This document shows, piece after piece, positions 1 through 9,589 of a stretch of 64,000 nucleotides of DNA. Both the position numbers and the translations under genes were made by a program. The DNA is from Candidatus Parcubacteria bacterium (GTDB taxonomy: Bacteria; Patescibacteriota; Minisyncoccia; UBA6257; HR35): the NCBI GenBank assembly GCA_025999335.1, contig AP024681.1:615610-679609 (forward strand), written 5' to 3'. Position 1 is the first letter of the stretch. The number at the start of each line of letters is the position of its first letter. The notes beneath the pieces are model-generated. The model had not been told where the DNA came from. It ran no database searches and saw only the letters and a program-made list of their open reading frames with translations.

Positions 1-123
1 GTTAGAAAAAGGCAGGGAATTGTTATAAATAGTTTTTATAGAAATATCCCATCTCAGATTTTAAAAAAAGATCTTAATGTCTTGATGTTTATTGAAATTT
101 TATTTTATGTTTATAATTAAATT

Positions 124-1734
124 ATGGTTGAGAGATTTGGTTATATTAGTTATTTAAGTGAAAATGTTGCTTTCCATTTAGATTTTACTAATATTTTTAT
201 TCTTACCATAGCGATTGTGAACGCTATTTTAGGTTTTACTATTTATTTTAAAAATAGAAAAAGTATTACTAACTTATCCTTTTTTTTAACTTTGATGGCT
301 GTTGTTTTTTGGGGAATTTCTGTTGCTTTTTTTAGAGGTTTTTCAGATAAAGAAACAATCTTACTGTTTTACCGCTTGGCATTCTTTTTTGGTGGTTTAA
401 TATCATTTGTTTTTTATTATTTTTCTTTAGCTTTTCCTTATGATTATTATAATTTTAACAAAACTCAGAAATATTTAATTCCTCTACCGTTTTTAGTTTT
501 AGCTTTTATTAGTTTAACGCCAAATATTTTAGTGATTGATGTTCAAAAAATTCCTGACACTGAAAACATTCTTATTTTTAATCAATATGCTAATATTATT
601 TATATTTTAATATTAATCTTTTATTTTGTGCTTGCTTATTATGTTTTAACTAAAAAATATTGGCAATTTCAGGGTAACTATAAAGATCAAATTTCAAGAG
701 TAATATTTGGTACCTCGATTTCAGTAATTATAGCTTTTTTTACGAATTTAATTTTACCTTCTTTCGGCATTTTTAATCTAAATTGGTTTGGTGCAGTTGC
801 GGTTATTATAATGAGCGTTTCTATATTCCTTTCAATTATTAAATATCATTTATTTAATGTTCAAATTGTTGCTACTGAAATTTTTGTATTTGTTTTATGG
901 ATTTTTACCTTTGTTCAATTTTTAGTTGCTGATTATACAATTTTAAAAATTACTAATGCTTTTCTTTTTTTAGTAATGTTAATTGCCGGTTTGTTATTAA
1001 TCCGTAGCGTTATTAAGGAGGTAGAGCAAAGGAGAGAATTAACTAATTTGAATATACTCAAAAATCAATTTTTATCTTTCGCCTCTCATCAATTGAAAAA
1101 TCCTTTAGCAGTTATTAGAGGTTATGCTCAATTGATGTTAGAAAATAAAGATAACGAAGATAAATTAATAAATTTTTATAAGAAAATCACAAATAAAATT
1201 GATGATCTTTTAAATTTAATAGAGATATTCGTTAATTATAGAAAAATAGAAGAGAAAAAGTTAGATTTTAAATTTGAATTAGTTAATGTCGTTGATCTTG
1301 TTAAAGAAGTTAGCGACGGTATAAAAATTTTGGCTGCAGAAAAAAATTTAGACTTTTCTTTTAAAACTAGTTCTGAGAAAATTATGGTCAAAGTTGATCC
1401 TTTAAAGTTTACTCAGGTCATTCAGAATATTCTTGATAATGCTATTAAATATACACGATCAGGTTTTGTTAGGATAGAAATCTATACGAATGACGATACT
1501 AAAGAAGTTATTATTAAAATAAGTGATTCGGGTATTGGCTTAGATAAAAATGATAAATTAAAATTATTTGATCAATTTTATAGATCAATTAATGTTAAAA
1601 ATTATATCGAAGGTTCGGGGTTAGGTTTATATGTTGCTAAATATATAATTGAAGCGCACAATGGTAAGATTTGGGCAGAATCAGAAGGCATTAATAAAGG
1701 TTCAACATTTTTTATATCATTACCTCTATCATAA
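124..1734 (+). CDS. Membrane sensor histidine kinase (multi-TM N-terminus, HisKA + HATPase_c)
   Basis: H-box 'FLSFASHQLKNPLAVIRGYAQLM'; N/G boxes 'NILDNAIKYT', 'DSGIGL', 'GSGLGLYVAKYIIEAHNGKIWAESEG'; about 7 hydrophobic helices in the first 290 aa. Confidence 0.8.
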   Translation: MVERFGYISYLSENVAFHLDFTNIFILTIAIVNAILGFTIYFKNRKSITNLSFFLTLMAVVFWGISVAFFRGFSDKETILLFYRLAFFFGGLISFVFYYFSLAFPYDYYNFNKTQKYLIPLPFLVLAFISLTPNILVIDVQKIPDTENILIFNQYANIIYILILIFYFVLAYYVLTKKYWQFQGNYKDQISRVIFGTSISVIIAFFTNLILPSFGIFNLNWFGAVAVIIMSVSIFLSIIKYHLFNVQIVATEIFVFVLWIFTFVQFLVADYTILKITNAFLFLVMLIAGLLLIRSVIKEVEQRRELTNLNILKNQFLSFASHQLKNPLAVIRGYAQLMLENKDNEDKLINFYKKITNKIDDLLNLIEIFVNYRKIEEKKLDFKFELVNVVDLVKEVSDGIKILAAEKNLDFSFKTSSEKIMVKVDPLKFTQVIQNILDNAIKYTRSGFVRIEIYTNDDTKEVIIKISDSGIGLDKNDKLKLFDQFYRSINVKNYIEGSGLGLYVAKYIIEAHNGKIWAESEGINKGSTFFISLPLS

Positions 1735-1750
1735 TTTTTAAATCAATATA

Positions 1751-2395
1751 ATGGATGATAGAAGTTTTTTTTCTTGTATTATTCCAGCTTATAACGAAGA
1801 AAAAACAATTGGATTAGTTATTAAAGCAGCGCTTCAACACCCATTGATAAAGGAAGTTATAGTTATTTCAGATGGTTCTACAGATCAAACTAAAGACATT
1901 GCTATTACTTGCGGAGCTCATACAGTTATTCAATTAGAAAAAAATATAGGCAAAGGCGGCGCTGTTTTAAAAGGTGTTTCTTATTCTAAGTATGATAACT
2001 TGTTATTATTAGATGCTGATTTAATTAATTTAACTATTAATCATATAGATGCTTTAATTAAGCCATTAATAGAGAATAATGAGATAGTTATGTCAATTGG
2101 AATATTGCCTAATCAATTATTGCCTTATTTATCTGGACAAAGAGCCTTAAGAAAGTTTTTAATAAAAAATATTCACGAAGATCTTATTAATAATAGTAAA
2201 TATGGATTAGAAATTATTTTGAGTAATTATGTTAAGAAAAATCAATATAAGACTGTTTTTGTTAATTTAAATGATATTCACTTTTTAAGAACTTTTGCTA
2301 AATTTTCCTTTATAAAAAGTTTACAATTAGAATTAAAATTTATTAAAGATTTATTAAGGATACTATTATTGTTATTTTTTTTAAAATTGAAGTGA
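1751..2395 (+). CDS. Family 2 glycosyltransferase (short form)
   Basis: N-terminal 'SCIIPAYNEEKTIG...ISDGSTDQT' and the DAD-like 'LLLDADL' motif are typical of the GT2 fold. Confidence 0.55.
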   Translation: MDDRSFFSCIIPAYNEEKTIGLVIKAALQHPLIKEVIVISDGSTDQTKDIAITCGAHTVIQLEKNIGKGGAVLKGVSYSKYDNLLLLDADLINLTINHIDALIKPLIENNEIVMSIGILPNQLLPYLSGQRALRKFLIKNIHEDLINNSKYGLEIILSNYVKKNQYKTVFVNLNDIHFLRTFAKFSFIKSLQLELKFIKDLLRILLLLFFLKLK

Positions 2396-2414
2396 TTGCT
2401 TTTATTTAATAATA

Positions 2415-3599
2415 TTATTTTTTAACTATTTTAAATTTTACAGTATTCGGTTTTATTTCTACGATTTCTATATTTTTAGGTAGATTAATAATATTATTTT
2501 TATTAATATCTATTGAATAATTGCCTTCATCTAAATTAAATAAGTCAATGATTGTTTTTAGCTTCGATTCATCAAGAAATTTAAAATCAGAATTATAACC
2601 AGAGAGAATAACTATTGTTTTAAAAGTAGAAGGCGATTGTATGGCGTATTCATCTTTTAGCCCTTTAAATTCTACCGGAATTTCTATGCTTTTTTGTATT
2701 TTCGCATTGTCGTAATTAGAAATTGCCCAAAAAGATAGAGTAAACATCAATGTTATAAAGAAAATAAGAGTTAGTTTAAGAATATTGATGTTGTTTAAAA
2801 TTTTTGTCAATTTTCTTTTTTCATGAAGATTGTAGTATTCTTTTAATGTTTTTTCTATTTTATTTAAAGAGACATCATAATCTATGCGTCCGTTACTTGC
2901 TAATGAAATATTGCCATTTGTTTCGGAAATAATAATACTAATAGCGTCGGAAATTTCAGTAATGCCTATTGCAGCTCGATGACGAGTAGCGGTAAACTTT
3001 TCATTATCTATTATTTGTCCCAGAGGTAAATGAGCTGCTGCCCATTTTATTGTCGAATTATTGATAATAATAGCTCCATCGTGTAAAGGCGAAGATTTAT
3101 TAAAGATACTTAAGATTATTTCTTTGTTAACCTGACTATTAAGAGCAATTTTGTGTTCTAAATAGTTTTCTAAATCAATCTTATTTTCCAAAACTACTAT
3201 AGCTCCTATTTTGTTTTTAGATAGATATTGAATCGCTTTTAAAATATCTAAAATAATTTTTTGTTTTTCATAACTGAAATCTTTATGTTTGGATATTTTA
3301 AAATAAATAGCTATAAGTTCAAAAAAATTTCTTAATTCTTTTTGAAAGATAACTATTAAGACTATGGGGATTATATTAATTATTTCTTGCAATAATGTTA
3401 AACTTATATTTAAACCTAAATTTATTGATAATACGTATAAACCGATTATTAGTAAAAAGGTAATAACAATTTTATTTATATGTAGTTTTAAGAAAAAATA
3501 TATTACTAAAGTTATAACTGTTGATGATATTAAAATATCAATAATATCTTTAAAAACTATGTTTTTTAAAACAAACAGATAATCATTTATGTATATCAT
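2415..3599 (-). CDS. cdaA: Diadenylate cyclase CdaA fused to a C-terminal YbbR/CdaR-like domain
   Basis: N-terminal TM helices; DAC-domain motifs 'PLHDGAIII' (DGA) and 'TATRHRAAIGITE' (RHR); then a TM segment and a roughly 110-aa beta-rich YbbR-like tail. Confidence 0.7.
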   Translation of the reverse strand: MIYINDYLFVLKNIVFKDIIDILISSTVITLVIYFFLKLHINKIVITFLLIIGLYVLSINLGLNISLTLLQEIINIIPIVLIVIFQKELRNFFELIAIYFKISKHKDFSYEKQKIILDILKAIQYLSKNKIGAIVVLENKIDLENYLEHKIALNSQVNKEIILSIFNKSSPLHDGAIIINNSTIKWAAAHLPLGQIIDNEKFTATRHRAAIGITEISDAISIIISETNGNISLASNGRIDYDVSLNKIEKTLKEYYNLHEKRKLTKILNNINILKLTLIFFITLMFTLSFWAISNYDNAKIQKSIEIPVEFKGLKDEYAIQSPSTFKTIVILSGYNSDFKFLDESKLKTIIDLFNLDEGNYSIDINKNNIINLPKNIEIVEIKPNTVKFKIVKK

Positions 3600-3805
3600 T
3601 TTTATATAAAACTACAAACAATTAAAACATTTATTTTTTCATTAAGTTAATTAATTTTTAATATTATTAAAAAATTGGTATTGGTATAGATAAATATAAT
3701 ATTTATGTAGTTATTATTAAAAGAGAACTATTTTTTATATTATAATTGAATTTTTGTAATTTAAATAAAATTTTTGTCAATATTGTTTTATATAAGAAGC
3801 AGAAA

Positions 3806-4090
3806 TTATTTTTTAGAGAGTCTAAAAATTATTTTGTAAATTTTCGGTATTTCTTTTTTGAGATCTTTATTTTTAGAAATCTTCTGGAGTTTATTAATAA
3901 TTTGTTTTTCTCTCTGCGATGAAGTAATGGGTAGCCCATATTTTCTTTTTAAATTAACAATATATTGAGCTATTCGCAATCTATGATTTAATAGTTTGAT
4001 TATTGTTGCATCTAATTTATCTATTATTTTTCTCTTTTGTGTTATTTGACGAGTAACAGTTTTTTTAATTAAAGTTTTATTAAGGAGCAT
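3806..4090 (-). CDS. AroQ-type chorismate mutase (small helical form)
   Basis: 94 aa with the pattern 'RKIIDKLDATIIKLLNHRLRIAQYIVNLKRKYGLPI...REKQII', resembling AroQ class CM; by-eye call. Confidence 0.4.
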   Translation of the reverse strand: MLLNKTLIKKTVTRQITQKRKIIDKLDATIIKLLNHRLRIAQYIVNLKRKYGLPITSSQREKQIINKLQKISKNKDLKKEIPKIYKIIFRLSKK

Positions 4091-4102
4091 TAGTAATTTT
4101 AT

Positions 4103-4999
4103 TTAATAAACAAAAGATAGCCAATGATGATATTGATTTATTTCGCCTGTTATAATTTGATGATAAGTATATTTAATGATATTGGTTATTTTGCCTATTT
4201 TCCCTTTATTGATTAATTTGTTATTGATTTGATAGATTGGCGTTATTTCGGCGGCTGTTCCGGTAAAAAATACTTCGTCACTGTTTAGTATTTCGTTAAC
4301 AGTAATATTTTTTTCAATAACTTTTATTTTTAAATCTTTAGCTATTTTGATAACAGTATCTCTAGTAATTCCAGGCAGTATGGATCCTAATTTCGGTGTA
4401 TAAAGTTTATCATTTTTAACTAAAAAAATATTTTCTCCTGAACCCTCAGCAATATAGCCTTTGTAATCAAGCATTATAGCTTCATCATAGCCTTCTTTTT
4501 TTGCGTCAATAGTAGCTAAAATAGAATTAATATAATATCCACATACTTTTGCTTCGCTTATAATTGATTGAGGATGTAATCTAATAAATTTTGATATTTT
4601 CACTTTTATGGCTTCTTTTTGAAAATAATTATCAAAAGGAATGGCAATAATAGCAATGTTGGCTTCTAATCCTTGTGGGTCTAAGCCAATCCTTTTATTT
4701 CTAAAGACAATAGGTCTAAGATAACAATTTTTAAGATTATTTTTTTTAACTATCTTTAAACATTGTTGCTTGATTTCTTGTTGACTAAAATCAATTTTTA
4801 TATTAATATAGTTAGCAGATTTAAATAATCTTTTTATATGATCGTCTAATCTAAAAATTGCTGCATTATTATTGATGGTTTTGTAACATCTAATACCTTC
4901 AAAGACACCATCGCCATAATGCAAAGTATGACTTAAAATTGGGACATTAGCTTTGTTAATATCTATTATTTTTTTATTAAACCAAACGTATTGTTTCAT
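4103..4999 (-). CDS. ilvE: Branched-chain amino acid aminotransferase (class IV fold)
   Basis: 'WFNKKIIDINKANVPILSHTLHYGDGVFEGIRCY', 'EGSGENIFLV', 'LPGITRDTVI', 'VFFTGTAAEITPI' are IlvE/class IV motifs. Confidence 0.7.
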   Translation of the reverse strand: MKQYVWFNKKIIDINKANVPILSHTLHYGDGVFEGIRCYKTINNNAAIFRLDDHIKRLFKSANYINIKIDFSQQEIKQQCLKIVKKNNLKNCYLRPIVFRNKRIGLDPQGLEANIAIIAIPFDNYFQKEAIKVKISKFIRLHPQSIISEAKVCGYYINSILATIDAKKEGYDEAIMLDYKGYIAEGSGENIFLVKNDKLYTPKLGSILPGITRDTVIKIAKDLKIKVIEKNITVNEILNSDEVFFTGTAAEITPIYQINNKLINKGKIGKITNIIKYTYHQIITGEINQYHHWLSFVY

Positions 5000-5023
5000 T
5001 GAATTTGCGAAAATTATTGTTTA

Positions 5024-5470
5024 TTATTTTGATGAGTTGTTGACGATATTATTGGTGATATTAAGAGAATTATTAATTTTTTGAATTATAGTTGGCAGAT
5101 CTTCAGTTTTGCTTATAAACTCCAAGCCGCCGAATTTTTTAACCATTTTTGTATAAAGCTGCCCTAATTCTTCTTTTATGTCTAATTTATTTGTTAGCAT
5201 TATTACTTTAATATCTTTACCTACAGGATGCATTTTAAAATTAAATAATGTATCTAAGCCATTCATATTAGGCATAACCATATCTAAAAGGATAAGACTT
5301 GGTTTTGGTTTGAGGTTGTATAACAAATCTAAAGCTTTATTTCCGTCTTCAGCTTCAGCTACTTGAAAGCCGTATTTTTCTAAAGCAATTTTCATCATTG
5401 CTCTGAAATCTTTATCATCATCAACAATTAGGATTAAAGGTTTATTTGTTTCATCATTACTTTGTTGCAT
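5024..5470 (-). CDS. Stand-alone response regulator receiver (CheY-like) with a short C-terminal extension
   Basis: 'ILIVDDDKDFRAMM...LILLDMVMPNMNGLDTL...IMLT' has the REC-domain acidic pocket and conserved Lys. Confidence 0.8.
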   Translation of the reverse strand: MQQSNDETNKPLILIVDDDKDFRAMMKIALEKYGFQVAEAEDGNKALDLLYNLKPKPSLILLDMVMPNMNGLDTLFNFKMHPVGKDIKVIMLTNKLDIKEELGQLYTKMVKKFGGLEFISKTEDLPTIIQKINNSLNITNNIVNNSSK

Positions 5471-5861
5471 TTACTAAATTATTTTTTAAGATTTCAACTA
5501 ATTTGTTCAAATCTGTTGCTTTGCGAAGATAATCAACAGCGCCTATTTCGCCAGCTATTTTTTTATGATATTTAGCAAGTTCTTCATTAAGATCGTCCAT
5601 TGAGGTAATAAAAAATATTTTGATATTTTGTAGTTCCGGTCTATCTTTGATGGCAAAAAAGGTCTCCACTCCGTCCATTTCCGGCATTATGACATCTAAT
5701 AAAATAATATCAGGTTTATTTTTATTTAAAATTTCCAAAGCTTCTTTGCCGTTAGTAGCTTCTAAAACATTAAAACCACTAGTTAAAAGTTTTAATTTCC
5801 ATATTTCTCTAAAATTATTATCGTCGTCTATGATTAAAACCAAAGGTTTATTCATTGCCAT
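5457..5861 (-). CDS. Stand-alone response regulator receiver (CheY-like)
   Basis: 'LVLIIDDDNNFREIW...IILLDVIMPEMDGVETFFAIK...IFFITS'. Confidence 0.8.
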   Translation of the reverse strand: MAMNKPLVLIIDDDNNFREIWKLKLLTSGFNVLEATNGKEALEILNKNKPDIILLDVIMPEMDGVETFFAIKDRPELQNIKIFFITSMDDLNEELAKYHKKIAGEIGAVDYLRKATDLNKLVEILKNNLVNATK

Positions 5862-5862
5862 T

Positions 5863-6273
5863 TTAATTATTTTGGAATATTGATTTAATTTTATTAATAA
5901 TGACCTCTATGTCAGCTGTTTTATGAATGACACCTAAGGTGACCATCGATTTTGCATACTCATCATCGATTAAATTGCCAGAATTATCATAAGTTAAATT
6001 AGTTAAAAATAAAATTGGCGGACATTTTTCATTTAAATCTTTCTTTAAATAAGCTATAAAATTAAACCCGTTAATTTTCGGCATATCTATATCTAATAAT
6101 ATTAAATCAGTGTTTATATTTGTTATATTCTGTAAGGCTTCTTGAGCATCAGTAAAACATTTTACTTGAAAACCAGCTTTGTTTAAAAAAAAAGATACAA
6201 GATCACAAAAAGATTTTTCATCATCGACAATCACAATTGTTTTTTTGGTGTTGTCGCTGGTGGTTGAGTTCAT
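5863..6273 (-). CDS. Stand-alone response regulator receiver (CheY-like)
   Basis: 'IVIVDDEKSFCDLV...LILLDIDMPKINGFNFIAYLK...ILFLTN'. Confidence 0.8.
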   Translation of the reverse strand: MNSTTSDNTKKTIVIVDDEKSFCDLVSFFLNKAGFQVKCFTDAQEALQNITNINTDLILLDIDMPKINGFNFIAYLKKDLNEKCPPILFLTNLTYDNSGNLIDDEYAKSMVTLGVIHKTADIEVIINKIKSIFQNN

Positions 6274-6451
6274 ATTTTTTATTATTGAATTTTATATTTA
6301 TAGTTAAACAACTTCTTGGATTATGCAATCAATAACAACCTATAATTAAATTATACTATAAATTTTATATAATTCAATATATTAACTTGTTAAATTAAAT
6401 TAATTATGTTATAATATATAAGGTCGTTATTAATTTATTGATACTTTTAAA

Positions 6452-6850
6452 ATGAAAGGTTTTTATACAAACATCGAAAAAGACACTTTAAATAATAAAA
6501 ATTATCGTAAAGTTATTTACACAGGTAAAAATTTACAATTAGTTTTAATGACTTTACAACCTGGCGAGGAAATAGGAATGGAAGTACACGATGATCATGA
6601 TCAATTTTTTAGAATTGAAGCTGGTCAAGGAAAATGCATTATTGATGGCAATGAATACACCCTTGAGGATGGGGTAGTTATAATTGTGCCTGCTGGTGCA
6701 GAGCATAATGTTATTAACACTTCTGCAACTGAGGAATTAAAACTTTATACTATTTACGCTCCTCCAGTTCATAAGGATCAATTAGTAAGAGTTACTAAAA
6801 AAGAGGCTGATGATATGCCTGAATGGTTTGATGGCAAAACAACAGAATAA
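6452..6850 (+). CDS. Cupin-domain protein
   Basis: 'GMEVHDDHDQFFRIEAGQGKCIIDGNEYTLEDGVVIIVPAGAEHNVIN' matches cupin motifs 1 and 2. Confidence 0.6.
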   Translation: MKGFYTNIEKDTLNNKNYRKVIYTGKNLQLVLMTLQPGEEIGMEVHDDHDQFFRIEAGQGKCIIDGNEYTLEDGVVIIVPAGAEHNVINTSATEELKLYTIYAPPVHKDQLVRVTKKEADDMPEWFDGKTTE

Positions 6851-6965
6851 AATCTCTGTAATTAAATTACATTAAAAAATTTCATCTTAATTTATTTTAA
6901 TCTTAATTTATATTGAGAGCAATTTTAGATTTACCAAATTTATATTTGTTATTTACTAACAATTT

Positions 6966-8507
6966 TTACAAAGGTATTTTTACATAGAATTTACTTCCTT
7001 TACCTTCACCTTCGCTTTCCGCCCAAATTTTTCCTTGATGAGCTTCAATAATATTTTTAGCAATATAAAGACCTAAACCGGTTCCTCGGATTTCTTTTTT
7101 AATTGAAGGATCGCGAACAAATTCTCCAAAAAGTTTAGTTTGAACTTCTTTGCTCATTCCTATCCCTGAATCGCTGACACTTATAATGAGCATATTATTT
7201 GTGTCTTTAGAAATATTAACTTTTACCCAACCTGATGGCGTATATTTTATTGCATTATCGATTAAATTTTGAATTACTTGAGAAAATCTTAATTTATCTA
7301 CTTTTACAATAGCTTGTTCCAAGGAAGTTTCTAAAGTTAAATCCAGTTTTTTTTGCTTTGCCGCTAATTGAAAATTATTAACAATTTCTTTAATTAAACT
7401 AACAACTTCAATATTTTCAAAATTAAATTCCAGTTTTCCTTCTTCAATTCGTCGGTAATCCATAAATTCTTCAATTAAAACTAAAAGATTATCAACTGAT
7501 TCCTTGATTTTTTTAGCAAAATCTTTTGCTTGATCAGGAACATTCTCAATGGCTGAATATATCAATTCCGCATACCCCTTAACAACCGCCATCGGCGCTT
7601 TAACTTGATGGGACGCAAAAGAAAGAAACTCCGATTTAATCCGATTTAATTGCTCAAGCTGTTCTTTTTGTTGGACTTCTGTATATACAGATTTAATTAA
7701 TAATATTCCCAAGAAGAATAAAACGCTTAAAATAATTAAATTGATAATAATGTCTAAGGAGGTTTTAGACTGAATTACTTGAACTAAAACTAATGAAAGC
7801 ATAAATAAGACAAAAACCTCAGCGCTAATAATCCTTATATTAAGGGCTTGATATTTTAAGATAGAATAACTCATCCCCAAAATAACAGGCAGCATAAACA
7901 AAGGTCCAAAAGGTATGAAAGTAACATTTTGGAAAACATTAACAAAAATAAACTGACTAAGGATTATTAAAAAATAACCTATAGAAAGACTAGAAATAAT
8001 AAACACCCAAGATTTCTTATGTTGTGCTTCCAGAGTTTTAGTTTTATTTATTGCCGAGATTATTGTTGATATTAAAAGTGACACAATAAAGATAGAAAAT
8101 AATGGCATTAATTTTCCAGGCGCAGGAAGTTGGACGCCATTTTTAATAATAATTTTTTCAAAAATTTTATCGGATAAAGTTAAACCAGCTATGAGTATCG
8201 TAACACTGACTATAATTAAAAAGTGAATCTTATTAATTATTAAATTTTCATTTGGATAATTTTTAATAAAAAGATAAAAACCAAGAAGATGAAAAGACGC
8301 GAAAAACAAAACCAGTCTTATCCAAAATATTTTATTGGGAGTGTCTAACCACGAAAAATAATTAGCTATTGACCAAAAAATAGTAGAAGCACATATGAGA
8401 AAGAAAAATAAGCTGGAAAAATTTCGGGGGTTGTGGTATAAAATAACAGAGCCTAAATAACCTATCAAAAAAATTACTGCCAAAGCAATAATTAGTTCAA
8501 TTGTCAT
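6966..8507 (-). CDS. Membrane sensor histidine kinase (second copy)
   Basis: H-box 'FLSFASHQVKAPMAVVKGYAELI'; 'NLIDNAIKYTP', 'DSGIGM', 'GTGLGLYIAKNIIEAHQGKIWAESEG'; multi-TM N-terminus. Confidence 0.8.
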   Translation of the reverse strand: MTIELIIALAVIFLIGYLGSVILYHNPRNFSSLFFFLICASTIFWSIANYFSWLDTPNKIFWIRLVLFFASFHLLGFYLFIKNYPNENLIINKIHFLIIVSVTILIAGLTLSDKIFEKIIIKNGVQLPAPGKLMPLFSIFIVSLLISTIISAINKTKTLEAQHKKSWVFIISSLSIGYFLIILSQFIFVNVFQNVTFIPFGPLFMLPVILGMSYSILKYQALNIRIISAEVFVLFMLSLVLVQVIQSKTSLDIIINLIILSVLFFLGILLIKSVYTEVQQKEQLEQLNRIKSEFLSFASHQVKAPMAVVKGYAELIYSAIENVPDQAKDFAKKIKESVDNLLVLIEEFMDYRRIEEGKLEFNFENIEVVSLIKEIVNNFQLAAKQKKLDLTLETSLEQAIVKVDKLRFSQVIQNLIDNAIKYTPSGWVKVNISKDTNNMLIISVSDSGIGMSKEVQTKLFGEFVRDPSIKKEIRGTGLGLYIAKNIIEAHQGKIWAESEGEGKGSKFYVKIPL

Positions 8508-8521
8508 ATTACAATATTATT

Positions 8522-9589
8522 TTAAATTAGAATTCTAGTTTCCCTAAAATTACTAATTTTTATTATATACCTTCCAGACTCAATTTTTTTTCTTAAGGCA
8601 AATTGTTTGATAACCAATGTTAAGACAGCAGCTCGTAAAAATGAAACTTCGCTAAGCTGAGGAATGCCACGAATCATCTTTTTAGATAAAAGCATAAATG
8701 ATTTATTTAATCTACTACTTAAAAATTTTGACCCTATAAAATTTCTTATTAATAAAATTTTCTCTTTTTCTGTTAAATTTAATTTATCAAGATTTAAAAT
8801 TTTGTTTCGAGTTTCATCGTTTAGGAATCCATTTAAAATTTTTAATCTGGGATTTAAATCATATCGTTCAATATCTAAAATAACATCAGATTCATTACCT
8901 GTTGCCATAATTACCGGAATTCGGTATTTTTTAGCTAATTCCCTTATTTTAATTTTTAAAACGAGATTATCAATTTCTTCTACTAGAATATCTACTTTAG
9001 GTTTTACTAAAAATTCTACTAAATTCTTTTCGCTGATTCCTTCTGGGTAAGGAATAACTTCACAAAATGGATTTATATCATAAATATGCCTCAGGCAAAG
9101 TATAGTTTTATTTTCTCCGACATCTAAGAATTTTAATCCAGCTGCCAACCTATTAAGATTGGATAATTCGAAAGTATCATTATCAGCTATTTTGAACTTA
9201 GTAAAACCTTGAAAAGCCAAAGCCATAGCAAGAGGATTGCCTACGTTTAAACCAACGATGCCTATTCTAAAATTTTTAATGTTTTTTTGTTCTGATTTCG
9301 TAATCAGCCCTAAATTGCGTGATGTTTTAATTAGATAAAAATAAGGCTCAGATAAAGAATGAACTAATTTTTGATGCCAAGGATAGTAAATCCAAACGTC
9401 ATCAATTCTTTTTATACTTTGCTTTGGCGAACATTTATTCAATTCTTGTAGGAGGAGGTCATATTTATCAACAATTTCAACGCCCATTTTCTTAAGTTCC
9501 TTAAAAATTTTCTTATCTTTTTCTCGTGTCAAATTTAAAATAAGGGGTTTATTTATATTTGTTTTGATCATTAATAATTTTTTCTTCAA
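8522..9589 (-). CDS. ThiF/MoeB/E1-like adenylyltransferase-family protein with an N-terminal extension
   Basis: Rossmann 'RIGIVGLNVGNPLAMALAFQGFTKFKIADNDTFELSNLNRL' (compare ThiF 'GxGxxG...D.D.V..SNLNRQ'); overlaps the upstream gene by 41 nt. Confidence 0.5.
   Translation of the reverse strand: MKKKLLMIKTNINKPLILNLTREKDKKIFKELKKMGVEIVDKYDLLLQELNKCSPKQSIKRIDDVWIYYPWHQKLVHSLSEPYFYLIKTSRNLGLITKSEQKNIKNFRIGIVGLNVGNPLAMALAFQGFTKFKIADNDTFELSNLNRLAAGLKFLDVGENKTILCLRHIYDINPFCEVIPYPEGISEKNLVEFLVKPKVDILVEEIDNLVLKIKIRELAKKYRIPVIMATGNESDVILDIERYDLNPRLKILNGFLNDETRNKILNLDKLNLTEKEKILLIRNFIGSKFLSSRLNKSFMLLSKKMIRGIPQLSEVSFLRAAVLTLVIKQFALRKKIESGRYIIKISNFRETRILI

Noticed and set aside
3364-3582. 72-aa + strand ORF
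   Set aside because: Lies entirely antisense within the cdaA-like gene, has low-complexity AT-codon composition and no motif, so it is a spurious shadow ORF.
5178-5883. + strand ORFs 5178..5366 and 5620..5883
   Set aside because: Antisense to the well-supported receiver-domain genes, so they are shadow ORFs.
8664-9050. 128-aa + strand ORF
   Set aside because: Antisense within the ThiF-like gene, so it is a shadow ORF.
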